DNA of 64,000 nucleotides, from positions 31,744,001 through 31,808,000 of the forward strand of contig OZ320319.1 in NCBI GenBank assembly GCA_976226885.1, given 5' to 3'. Made by a program: the position numbers and the translations under genes. Position 1 is the stretch's first letter. Every line of letters starts with the position of its first letter. Origin of the DNA: Iphione sp. A-MEVVRFRX5 (taxonomy: Eukaryota). Positions 27,553 to 40,310 of this stretch are shown piece by piece. The notes below the pieces were generated by a model. The model made no database searches and had not been told where the DNA came from. It saw only the letters and a program-made list of their open reading frames with translations.

Positions 27553-29580
27553 AGCGGACATGCAAAGTGCTCGAGTTCTGTCCGATCAGGGAACATTATC
27601 ATATGGATGACTGCCAGGGCAGCATGACAAATAGTCGGGCTAAGCCAGGAGCCACTAGGCCGCGGTCGGCCAACTCACACTGCTGACCCGCTTCTCAAAC
27701 TGGGGTCAGGGATGGTTCCCAGTCAATACGTCAGGTGATAAGCCCGTGTCGAATATCAGGGGCTCTATCAGGTGATTCGATCACCTTTTAGCGTGCTGGT
27801 TGAGGGAGAAGTCACGGTAGGGGAATTCAGCCTATTTTCACATTCCCTTACACGACAAGAATACCATCGACGTCATTTATGGGGGGGGGGGCGGGGAGGG
27901 GGGGCTCTGGTGGGGAGTCGAGGTGGGGGAGAGTTACAGCGTTAGCTAACAATTGTAAACAACATAAAAAAAATAATTGACATTATTTATTTCATGGCTT
28001 CTCTTACTTTATGGATTAACGACTCCTCGCGCTGTTACTCTGATGGACTACAAAACTCTCTCCGTGGGACCTAAAATGTGCCGTGACTGAGCTGATCCTT
28101 ATGATCGCGGCGTCCCACTAGAAACGTAAAGGAGGTGGCTTGGCTCGAACACTTCGACTACCGAGAGACTGCTACGGTTTGCAGCACGTATGCCTGGCGG
28201 TGTTATTCCTGAGTGACTGACTGTCTCCATGGTGTATAACTCGGACCCAGGAGACGTATTCCATTGCTGTGCTTCATCCTGTTGCCTTTTGTCCAGTTTG
28301 GATGCGACCTTTTTTTTTCCTTACCATTCTCTCTGAAGCTCTGGGACGTGGTGGTGGCACGACTTGCAAAAGTGACGTTATTGCCGGGGCAGGTGGCGCA
28401 GCTGTCGCGCTTCCGGTGATGGCCGGTGCGGTCCGGCTGGGAGGACAATACGTTTAATGCGTTTGTTCATGACACGGGAGGTGGCAATGTCTGCCGTCTT
28501 GCAAACAGGGACTTTGAAAATCCCGAAAGGCAGGCCCCAGTGATAGATGGCAGGCGTCAAGGGTCGCGAGCAAGGGGTTAGATGGGCCCTATAGGCCAGG
28601 GTCGCCGGCTACCTCTATTGATATGCCGGCCACCTTTGCGGCATGCATTATGTGCGACTAGGCGAGCCGCCAATTGTCAGATAAATAGAAAAGCTTGCAG
28701 CAAGGCGGACGGCGCTAGACGAGGTCCACGGAGTCCCATCACGTCGCAGTCCTAGAGGTATACACATTCTCTGTATTCCCTACAGATAATTCAATATCTG
28801 TCGCGTTTAGCCAGGCCAGTACTGTGGACGCGACCACAATTTCAACAATACCAGTGAATAGGATACCCATGTCTGAAAACTGAGAACCTGGTGTTTCTTT
28901 CTATTAAATACACCCCGCCCCCAACATGCTGACGTCTTGACCTCACTTTGATGAATTCTTCACTTTCTCATCAACACAATTCCATACCTGCCGTCTCTAA
29001 CTCTTCCGTCTTTGCGTCACCAACAGTTCTAGTTGATAGCCAGTGGAATTACAGAGGGTCTTGAAAAGGCCCATTTTAGCTTGCAAAACAATTCTAAAAG
29101 ATGGACGGCAAATGTGATCCGTAGTCCACAGTGAGCCGGCAGGACCTGTAAAGCGCCTTAGTCAGTACTGCCTGAGCCTGTATCTCAGCAATCTACTTTC
29201 GATAGCTTACTCCATTAATGCTTCCTATAATTTCATTTCATTGAAATAAATGCACATCGTAGTCCCTTCGAGACTGAACCTCCCAAACAATATATAAAAG
29301 GCACGAGGGATTTGACCTATTGTTAACTATAGCCAAGTAAATCTAGCCTTGTAATGATTACTTTTTATACACCTACTGAATATTAAAATATACAATACTA
29401 CTGTATTATTTCATTGGGAACGTTTTGTTTCCACGTTGTTTTTTTCTAAACTATGATCGTGAATCTAAGGAGTAAATAAAGAACGAGTCGTACTGAAGTT
29501 GACGTTCCCTGAACGACTGCCATTTTGTGTAGGAAAATATATCCCACCTGCTAAGTGCGGCTGTTGGAGTGGCAAGAGAT

Positions 29581-29610
29581 GCTTACCTGCAAAAAAGGAG
29601 AAAGAAACCA
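29581..29610 (-). other. Candidate recursive splice site (juxtaposed 3' and 5' splice sites)
   Basis: Minus strand reads tggtttctttctccttttttgcag|gtaagc: a 17-nt pure pyrimidine tract, CAG, then GTAAG. The junction lies between 29587 and 29586. Function is inferred. Confidence 0.5.
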
Positions 29611-31409
29611 TATAAGAACACGAACTCCATTAGAATTGTTTAAAAGTTCAAATGTCGTATATACATACTCATACAAAAAACACGAGTTGCCTAGCTGCCC
29701 GTTGTAAAGAAGACATCTGGCTTCAATCAAAAGTAGTATAGAAAAATGCACCTTTCTCTATGGCTTGTTGCCGCGTGTGATGTTAGTAGCGTAGGGAAAT
29801 GGAAATTTCATACAGGGAACGAAGCCTGCGAAGTGTGGTGTCAGGAGCAAGAATATGTGAGAACTGTCCCCTGCAGTGCTCTGAGCAAAGACTCTTCCGC
29901 TCGCATGCACCTGCTTCCTGTAAAGCGTTCTCTCTCCTGGGGATGCAGAATAGGGCTGTGCGAGCGGATAGTGCGCCCAATTGTTATACAACCATTAAAA
30001 GCTCATAATACACGGGCGTGTTCAAACGGCACCGATTTATCTAACACAACGCGTCGCCTTCCCCACGAACTGATTGTAACCAAGGGACCAATAAAAAAAA
30101 CTCTAGGGTTCAGTATGTGCTTTCTGATCCGTAAGATCGTTATTAACCACCGAGCCGGGGCGAAAATACGCAGGGCGAAAGTTCGGCGCTGCTAAATGGT
30201 GGTGTAGGTGGAGGAAATGCCTCCGAAAATTAATCAATAAACCGCTGGGAGTGGGAAAACCAGTTCAACAGAAGGAGAAATAGGATAATATTACAATTCC
30301 CGTGACCGAATATTATATATATACCACAATAGAGTGTGCATCTGTATCTTGATGGCATATTGATCTCGGTTCACTGCATGGGCATTGCTGAATGCGACCG
30401 AAACGCTGTAATATACCGGCGGGCGAGTTGCACGTGTCAGGACAAATTAACGTACTGTCCCACCTTGGCTGGCCACACACGCCGTCTAATGGCCCGTGCA
30501 GGCAATACTGGACAGGCAGTACATTATGTTGAAACGATGCAAGGGCACAGCATGTGGGAACACTTCGCGTCAAGCTAAGCTGCACACAGCGCTGCGTCTC
30601 AGTGTTACCACTCCGACAACAAATCTCTCTGCCATATCCGCAAGCTAGCTTACGTATGAATTTATTGAAATATCAAGCTTTTCGCATGAACGGCAGTACG
30701 ATGCTTTGACATTCATCAGTTTTTACACAAAGGACAAACGTAATAATTTGGGCGAAGAGTTTGGGCTACTTCAGTGTATTCACTTCCTGCGAAAGACAAC
30801 TTGTACCTGAAAGGTTTACGGGTCCTCATGCCCTTTCATCATGAGAGCCTCCATTTTCAGTAATGCAACTCTGAAATGCCTTTGAGATGGTGTGAACCTA
30901 ACGTAAACCAGTGCACGTGAGGGCCCGAGCATCTTATGTATGGACTCCTGAAGTCAATGTGGTGGCCGGCTGGTAAGCCAAGTGCTTTTCTTGGTGAATA
31001 AGGCAGAAGGGTCCTTTTGCCTCCGTGCGCATGCGCAGAGGCAGCAGCGCGGCTGGAAGCAAGGCCGAGGCTGTTGGCCCCTGGGGAAAGCAGCTTGCAT
31101 GTTGTGCTTGACGGCAGGGCCACCAAGATATTGATAGTGGTTCTGGCTGCGGCCAGCCCGACTTCTGGGAGACATCAAAAGGCCGACCCGGCGCCCATCG
31201 TGCAGGCTTTAGCTGACATGCTGCCAGTTGTAGCACACCCTAAATAGGCCGCCTATTGATTAGACCAACGCAGAGTTCGGCTTTCTTAGCCACACCTCTG
31301 TAAACACACGTCCGACGTGAGATTGAAGGGATGGGCTAAGGCCATCCCACGTTACCCGAAAACATGGGAATCTTGAGTGTTATACTATATATTCACTGTG
31401 CGTTTCTCC

Positions 31410-31411
31410 GT

Positions 31412-31456
<45 letters not shown>

Positions 31457-31470
31457 TGTCTGTCTGTGTG
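31410..31470. repeat. (GT)n microsatellite with GTCT tail
   Basis: Pure GT run 31418-31455 with imperfect flanks. Confidence 0.97.
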
Positions 31471-32801
31471 CTTGCGTATGTGGGTGAGCGTGGATACGTG
31501 TGTGGTATGTTTGAGGGGCCAGGGGCCAGAGAGACAAATACACCCTGACACGCGCGTCTTTACGTCCATTCGCGACTTGCCCAGTATTTCGTCCCCCATT
31601 CCCCAAACGAATGTTAATTTTTTGTACGTACAATTTGTCGATAAAAACGCTCGTGATCAAGCAAATGGAGATTGCTCCAATCCCTCCTGCATGCGTTGAT
31701 ATATGCACAGGTACATATGTACACTCAGTATGTACATGTACACTCATACGCAGCACCAGGGAAGTACAGTGCAGAAGTCCGTGCGCCGTTTGATCGCGAG
31801 CAGACGGGTGGCTACACTGGTGATAGGAAGAAGAAGGGGGCTACTACATAGTAATTACCCACAGACATTCTTGGCAGGTCGGGGGGAAATGTGGGAAACA
31901 AGAAACGCAAACCGAAGCAAAAGGGGAGACAAAAGCCGATGAGGAGCGCCATTATCTTCCCATACCCACACTAGTTGTTCATCTCTGCCCTTAACAACCC
32001 CCTTATCTGTACGCTTGCTCGAAATTACGCTGCCATGGTTCCCAGAGTGTGGTTCATTAAAGGCTCCAATTGAGCCGCAACGTTCCTGAACGTTTCTCAC
32101 GAAAGCTGGCAGCATCTTACTGCGCACGCCTCCGCTATACGAACCTATTAGCCAGATCTACTTGCATGCGGCGCTTGCATGCAGCGGTCTGGGACCTGTA
32201 ATTGCTTCTCCATAGTTGCCGTTAGCTGGCCCGGCTTATATAGGTGCTTGTGCCGCACACCCATCCACCCCTCCATCCTCTACTTGTTTTCTCACCTTTA
32301 TCGATTTACTATCCTCCAGCTCCCTCCACAGTACACTTACGGTTGCCGTATTCGGGCACGGCTTAGCTGCACTTGCAATTGACATCTTCCTTAATAGTAC
32401 ATCCTGTGAAATCATCTTACTTAACTTAACCGATGGCTATTTTTTGGCCCCACTACATTCAGTCCTGTAGTCACTCTGTGTCAGGACTATTATCAGGTAC
32501 CTTGCGTGACAGGCGCCTAACATCTATGAAACGATATAACGGCGAATGCATCAAACACGGGCAGAGATAAGGGCTTTCGAGACTTTAAAAAAATACCTGT
32601 GACATTAGATAGCGTCAGAGCTGTGATAGATTTTCTATACGTTTAATACGATACGGTGTCTGTAGCGGGAGCGGGCAGATTGTGCGACTTGCAGCGAGAG
32701 GTGCCGAACGAAAGCTGTGCGACAAGGATGATGTTGATGAAAGCCTGTTGGAAGCATCCGCCAGGCCTTGTCACGACAGCCTGTCAGATGATATGATGAA
32801 T

Positions 32802-32974
32802 NNNNNNNNNNNNNNNNNNNNNNNNNNNNNNNNNNNNNNNNNNNNNNNNNNNNNNNNNNNNNNNNNNNNNNNNNNNNNNNNNNNNNNNNNNNNNNNNNNN
32901 NNNNNNNNNNNNNNNNNNNNNNNNNNNNNNNNNNNNNNNNNNNNNNNNNNNNNNNNNNNNNNNNNNNNNNNNNN
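32802..32974. other. Assembly gap (173 N)
   Basis: Run of N seen directly. Confidence 0.99.
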
Positions 32975-35900
32975 ACAGGCAGGCGGGAATCAAAGCCTTG
33001 TCCGTGATCGGGGACGAGATGGGGGGGGGGCGCAGGAGGAGCCCGGCCTGTGAACGGCCGCGGTGACGACAGCGACCACATTGACTTGTCAGCCTGGATG
33101 GCGAGCATCAGCCCGGAAGCATTCACTTTCAGTCCTCCGCTGATCTGTGGCTTTTGCGAGACGTTCAAACAGCTGCTAGCATACGGCGAGCGTGGAAGCC
33201 CAGCGCTGGCCGGACAGTCCCTCGCAGGGGGACATCAATTGACCAGCGAATAATGGCGGTCTGTCGCTTTAAACGGTCACAACCAGACACCAGCTCCTGG
33301 TTAGGACGGGCGCCTGAGTGTGATTCGAGGGCGCAATTTTCGGAGTGCTTCTGGTAGCGACTACCTCTGTTATCTGGCCGAGCCCGTATATTGACTACAC
33401 CACCCGTGAACGTCCCTTCTGGAGAATGAACTGCGCCTGTCAGAAGCTAGCTTCGGAGGCGATTTGATCAATCGTCAGGCAGCGGGCGGGCATGATGAGG
33501 GAAGAATATGTGGAGGGGTTGCTGGGGAGGAGGCGCACAGTGCCAGCTTGTGTTAGACCTATTCATGACTAACGGGCTGGGCGCCCCGCGCCATCCGACA
33601 TCCGACCCGCAGCTTTAGATTCTCCACCCTTTCAGACCACATCTGAGGAGAGTGTGGTGGTAAGGCAGAGACACACTCCCACTCCCTTCTGTCAATATTG
33701 ATTCAACATTACCCGCTATGACATTTCAAAACTCGCAACATGCCGCCTTGACTTTTTGTGGGCGCCGCCCGCCTTGCCCCCTTCCCCCAACTTTCTCGGT
33801 CCACCTACATTGAAAACCAATAAGTCATAACTGGCGGATTTTTCCTAGAAGTCCAGAATGATTTGAGGCTTCAACAGCCCCGTTGACAGGCCGCGACCAA
33901 TGTGTGCTTGTTATGTGTATCGACTGGGTTGAAACCCAGCCGGCCGCCGCGTGGCATTTGAAAAGCCAAAGCGAACGTCGGAAGACGGGAAAAGAACGCC
34001 TGTGGGTAGTGGGTTCTTCGATCAGAGGCAGAAGGCGCCTTTCTGTACACAGCTGTGGCCAGGACCGGACCGGGCGCCTCAATGGTAGGAGGAGCGGACC
34101 GCTGCAGCTGCACCACGGAAAAGCGGCATTGCAACTGGGAGGGAGGCGGGGTCCGCCAATGGCAGGAGCCCGGATTTCAAGAGGTGCGGGGCTTTCCGCA
34201 CTGATGAGAGGGCACTGAAAGCAACGACCTTGAGGCTGATGAGCGCTGGTCGGCCCACGTCCCTCTGTGCTTGCGCAGTCAAGTTGGCGGCGGCTACATC
34301 GGCGCTTTTCAATCACAGCCGACTGCCTGCTTCCAGATGCCTTCGTTGGCCGTACCAATGGAGCTGCTGCTGCCACCGCCAACATTATCGAAAGGACGGG
34401 AGGAAAGGAGGAGGGGAGGGAGGCAGGTGGGGGGGGGGCGGTAACGCCAGTTTGCAATACTCAACGAGCATCATGGCCAGCGTTGCCACCCGAAACCACT
34501 TCCCAGCCGCATGATCCTCCATCCGCATTCCGCGCAGGATGTGCCGGCGTTTGCAGGCCGTCTATAAATATGCCCAGGGCACGCGTGCGGCCGCAGCAAG
34601 TCCCAGTTGTGGCAAGGACAATGGTTTGGTTTATGCCCATCCTGGACCCGGAGCGACATACGGCGTCCAGCGGCCATCTAGGGGCGCCTAGAGACTTGAG
34701 GTCGTGGTTGTAGCCGCCGGACCATCATAATACCTCCTCAGTCTAAAAGAGGTTCGCGGGCATGGCCATGCATTCATCCACGTTGTTTTTCCCGTCCGAG
34801 AACCGATGATTAAATGCACCCTGCCACCGTACCACACCGTTGGTAGGGGCATTACCCTCTCCCTAACACTTAATTTTCAATAATACATGAAGGATTATTT
34901 GAAGCTGCAGAGATTATGGTTTGGGATATGTGTCCAACAAACCGGAGGCATTGCAACGCTGTTTCTTAAGAAAGTTCCTAACCTCAATTAATCAGAGATA
35001 CACTTAAGGTATGGGCCCTTATGCTTATGATAAAGTGGTATCTGGCTAAGAGACGATGGGAAATGCTGATTGAAGCTTTGTAGCGCGGGCCTGCGCATGT
35101 TAAATGGGTGTGCTGACAGAAGAGGCGCGTGGGCACAAAGCCTATCCCGGTGGATAGGGGGGGGGGGCACTTAAGACTTCTGATTTAATAACCCATGCTT
35201 TATGTTGGAGACAATAGGCAGGATCAGCGGTTGCCGCGGCGGTAGATAGGGTGATGTGTGATGTATGGAAACCGCTGTGGCGCCGTCCGTCAGCCCCACG
35301 CGCTTCTCTGACCCCCGAGGTGAAATCAGCAGTGTTTATAATTCTCAGTACAGTATATATCCCTCATTACCTTCAAGTCATTTTACGCCTTTTGAGATCA
35401 AGCACTATCAACGAACACATGGGAGTGCATTTGTTAATTCGAAAAAAAAGTAGGAGATATACTTGCTGTCAACAGGTTTAGATAGACGTTCCGATGATGA
35501 GAATGTTGCAGGGTCAGACAGTACCTTTGCTCAATACCTTAGTCTAAGGCACGAAAACAACACAAGAAACTTATATAAGTTACAACCAGACACGAATTCC
35601 CTCCCCACCCCCACCCCTCAACTCCAAAAATGAAAGGCTTCCATTTTGATATGGGGCTCGTTTCACAAAAGTGCACCTGACCCCTACAAATGGAAAGATT
35701 TGGACGAAAAACGTGGAGTATATATGACTGACATATAACTACATGTATTAAAAAATACTGATTGGAATGGGAACCTACACCGGCGCAATGTCGACAGACA
35801 ATAATACATGTATATTGATATCTCTTATCTTTGTGTGCCTAATATCTTAACACGGACTCCGTTTCAAGAGTTCTACATGGATTCCAGAGATGTTTCTTAG

Positions 35901-36741
35901 TTTCAGAATAGGTAGATCCACATAATTCAGCAGGACCTTTAGAAGGTAAGGGCAAGGCCGCAAAACCAGAAACCTATTTCAAAGGTCTTACCGAAAGGCA
36001 ATCCGATATGAAAGTCCGATGTAAAGTTGAAAGTCTTGCCTCTGTAAAGATTGTGTTGACTGGCGCCCATGCGGAAAGTGATATGTGAAGGCAACAGTAA
36101 GAAACCTGTAGTAAACTGATGGTATGGGGAAAAAAGGTAATGGCCTCTAAGCAGATTGGAAGGAGATGCATGGTGAGCCAATATGATGCATTACGTAAAC
36201 GCACTGGCACGAAAATGGGATGAGAACTTCTCTGTAGTATAATTCTATGTCTAGGAGGCTTAAAGACTTAGGGAATCGATATTAATGGCAACCTTTCATC
36301 GATAAAACAATGATCATAAATTCCCGTGACGCACTGTTAAACACAATAAAATTCGTCATGGTGAAACCTTGCCCGCACGCCAAAATGAACACTTGCGTGA
36401 ACACTTGCTGTACGATTGGCAGAACGCGTTAAAACATTTCACGACCTCCCGCCGCCGGCAAACCTAACATCGCCTCACGTATCAATGCGTGTACATATGT
36501 TACGTTTGGGAGCAGACTGTGACCTTCAAATGTCTTTGGACTTCAAACCAATGAATGATAAGGAAATGGCGACTGTACTCGGACTGCGCATTAAGCGCCT
36601 TATTTCTCGGTTCCTGACCTCCACCTGGAGAGGCCACTCCTCCAGCAAGCCACCCTATCATCGCCACCCTCCGGTCGTATTGGACCACTTGGTAGGCTGC
36701 GGACCATTGTGTGGCGCAAGTCCGAATCGGCGGCCGCACGA

Positions 36742-36757
36742 CCATTAGGGGGCAGCG
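36742..36757 (+). promoter_or_regulatory. CTCF-like motif
   Basis: ccattagggggcagcg; 13/14 match. Confidence 0.3.
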
Positions 36758-39700
36758 CGGGGGAAGAGCCGCTGACTTGTCACCTCGGAGCCCCAGCAGA
36801 TCGGGCCTCATTGACCTAATCCCCGCCCCGCAGCTGATCCGGCTAACGTCCAGTGGCGTCCTTAATGAGTTCGTTTGTTCATCAGCGGTCGCCAGACTAC
36901 AGGCCACCACGGGGGGCATTACGTTGACAGCCTGCTGCCACGCTGATCTGATCAAGGGGTCGCGCGCGCCGCTGACGTGCGGTCGCCACCCTCATTAGTC
37001 TCCGACCGATTCAAATTAAATTGGACGAAGCTGACCGTCAAGGAAATGAGCCCGCAGGGGGATGTTAACTAAGTAGTATGCAATGCCGACGCGTCGCAGG
37101 CCATGATAACTCACTCCGCCGGCATGAACAAGCTTTAGGGCATTTGCAGCCAAATTAGGAAGACAGCACTTCCCCGTGGACGTAAAGGTTCACCTCGGAG
37201 CTAAAGGTGCTCGGGTATGTGGCACTGAACTTCACCAATCAACGCTTACGGGGAGACCACTCTTGCATACAGCGTGTTTCTTCACCATCTGCATAATTCA
37301 ATGTCTCTGGCGAGGCACTACCACAGCAGGAAGCACATTCCCCCTTCAGGCGTACAGGCAGCCTTGTCTTAAGAACGTCACCCCAGTCGGATTCAATTTC
37401 TATTCTAAAGGACAGGCATTCGCCCTTCGAATAGCTGGAATATTGTCCTGTCTTTACTGCCATGGTCTCAGCTATTTGGTTCATCTTGGAACTCAAGCTC
37501 TTCACGAACCCATTAGTTTTAACCGTCTCCCATCTATTGGGCTCTCTGCCAATATTTGCTGGGTGTTTTTATTTTTAAGTCCACGAGCTTTGCGTGCAGC
37601 ATTTTGGTGATTGAATTGATGAATGTCATAGTCCTGTTGGGGGCTACACAGCCAATAATTTTACAAGCACCACTCTTCCTACTTGACTACACAAGAGCCG
37701 GGGCACGCTGGACCTTCATCTTACGGGAGGCCTCTCCTTGCACGCTGGATGCATCGCGCGTGGGTGGGTGCCCACTTTAACAAGATGGGGAAAAAAACAA
37801 CGGCTGCAGACAGGCCCCTGGTTCGATGACGCCAAGTGGTAAATAGCAAAGGTTCAGGGTGACCTTCAAGTTCATCTCGAGGTGGGCCGAACTTTGAGCT
37901 ACTTATCGGCCGTTTATGTCCTACTACGTGCAATCCTGTGCGTGGGAGTTTTCCCCCCGTGCTGATTATGGTGTTTATCTGTGTAGGCTCGCATTTTCAT
38001 TGGTAAGTATTCATAGACGGAGCGGTGGTCCAAACGGTATGCTAATTTCCGCCCGTGAATATTTCAAGGAACCTAGAGGGAATAATTCAAAAACATGATT
38101 CGCTTTCTACACTGTTTACTCTTCTGATGGTTCCCGGATTGGCCACGACATCAGCTAACATGGCGTCTCCAATAAAATTAATTTACCGCCTTGAACAGTG
38201 ATGGATGGCGTTATTTATCTTCATTCTTATAGTGTGACCTTAAAGAGCGAATTGATGGAGAGCCTGCCTTGCCATTCAACTGACACACTGTACTTAAAAC
38301 GGTACTAACGATTCGTGATGGATTCATTTATATCTCGGGTATTATTTAGATCCATGGAATTACTTCAACATTTCTGACATTCCCATCTCGTTGGAATGGT
38401 ACCATTTTACTCTTAATGTCGATTACCCCGGCACGGGTTCTTGCACAAGCCAACAGAAGCACAGAATGCCTGCGGGAATGGTATCCACATTTTCATGATG
38501 CATAAAACAAAAACAAAAAAACAACCGTGCCGCAAATTGACATGCCTGATTATGCAAATGACGCCATGTAAGAGGTTCGTGGAGGTCTTCACGCCAGGCG
38601 TCAATGACTGTTTTTTTTTTTTGCCCACGTATAAAAATGGGGGAAGGAGAAACGTAAACGCCATGTGTTAGAGATAACGTAGCAGGGCCCTCCTTGCACC
38701 AGTAATGCCACCAGTGCACGGGACTGTGATGAGGCCGCTTGTTGCGTGCCAGCCTCTGAGAAGCAGCAGTCGCAGCGGTAACAGCCGCCTGGACGTTGGC
38801 AGCACCGAGCGTTTCTTGACAATGTGTTCGTCCCACAATGGGAGTGACCTACTTAGAGCTCTCTTGGCCACTTGTGAAGACGAGAGGGATGCGTACCGCT
38901 TGGTGGCACGGGGTGATCATATGACACACCTGAGCTGTTCCAAGACCTACGTTCTTGGGGTTAAAAATTACACGCGGGAGCGGCAAGCAATAAAAATATA
39001 ATTCACCAGTAGAGAAAACAGGTAGAAGGAAGGTGCCTTTAAGACCCTTCCGGGGCTGTATCGGAAATGAAGCCATCCAAAAGACTACTGTAAATGAAAG
39101 GGTTTGGGGGGAGAGTGGCAAAAACTTTTCAAGGCGCACTTAAAGCAGAATTCAATGTTCAATGTGTACTGTCAACTGACTGTATTCACGTAGAGGGCGC
39201 GTTTCCATTAACCAATCATCAACAAATACTTCAGCACATGAACGACCCTGGCCAATATCAGCCGTTTGAGTCATCAGCGGTGTCATCACTGGTGTTTATC
39301 AGAGATCATGAGAGTCCTTTCTCAAGCCCAGTTTCGAAATGGGGCGGGGAAAAACAACTGAGAGATGCGGGTCGTACGCAATTCTATAAAGTGGCATATG
39401 TGGTATCAACAGCTGCGACATTCAATGAAACGTAAACTGGATACCTATTTCGCCGAGGTCAAAAATCTGAACTCGCCTCTGCAAGAAAGGCTGTTCTTGA
39501 AGGTCCCTTTTCCAGGGCCTTTGAGAAAAGACCCCCGTATCTTCGCCGCACAACGTCCTCGTTATAAGGATACGCCAAGAGGACTTCCAATAATGGTGAC
39601 TATGTGCAAATGTTGACACAGCCGACCTAGATCCAGGGTGAGCTATTGCAAGTCGATTGCCGAGAGGAGTAGGGGTGCGTTATTGGGAAGGGTGGTGGCT

Positions 39701-40199
39701 GCTCAGCAAGTCGAGGTAACGACTGGGAAAATTGGAGGGGGTGTTCCGGGATATCTGGGTTTATAATGAAGCAGGATACAATTGTGAAGGGCTAGCCTCT
39801 AGGCTTATTGGGCCGACCATCCGGCATGATCTGTCCCCCATTAGGCCGATAATGGATAGGTCTAGGAAGAGTGGGGGGGACTCGCCGATCAGAATTGGAT
39901 CCAGCCCCATCCCGCCCGGCCTCTCTCGCGCCTCTGCCACGTTCGTCCTGGCCCCATCACTGCATTATGATGGTGAGCTCTCCACGTTCGGAATCTGACA
40001 ATGGTTAACCCTGGAGTGGTACACGAGCAGGTACTGTCACTTCTGCTGGAACATAAACTGACCCAATTACCCTGACAATGATTGCTTGGAGGGTATCTTT
40101 ACCCGGAAATAATGTGGGTTATAGGGCGGGGGGCGGGGATGTGGTACAGTACTACTAATGTCCTCAATAAGACGAGTCGTTCCGTGAAACGGAATATGG

Positions 40200-40310
40200 C
40201 ACGTGTGTGTAGGGTGGGTGTGCAGGTGTGTGTGGGTGTGAGTGTGTGCGCGGTGCGGGTGCGAGTGATTGTGTTGCTGTGCGCCCGTGTGTGCAGTGGC
40301 GCGGGGCATT
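40200..40310. repeat. Degenerate GT-rich low-complexity tract
   Basis: Interrupted gtgt/gtgc runs; boundaries approximate. Confidence 0.7.

Noticed and set aside
31026-31037. Isolated perfect NRF1 palindrome TGCGCATGCGCA (and YY1-like AAAATGGCGG at 18187)
   Set aside because: These are single short motifs with no accompanying evidence of a promoter or first exon.
12700-33238. Identical peptide QSLAGGHQ encoded at 12700-12723 and 33215-33238, with 7 of 8 codons synonymously different
   Set aside because: Across ~125,000 six-frame positions, one or two 8-aa matches are expected by chance, and the similarity does not extend into either flank.
33883-34218. ORF with VVGSS...AGARI, resembling the CR1 ORF1 esterase
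   Set aside because: The catalytic D is missing, the motif spacing is about double the expected, and the region is GC-rich.
35931-35951. 12- or 15-nt microexon-like NAGNAG...AAG|GTAAGG
   Set aside because: The polypyrimidine tract is poor, so it is consistent with chance.
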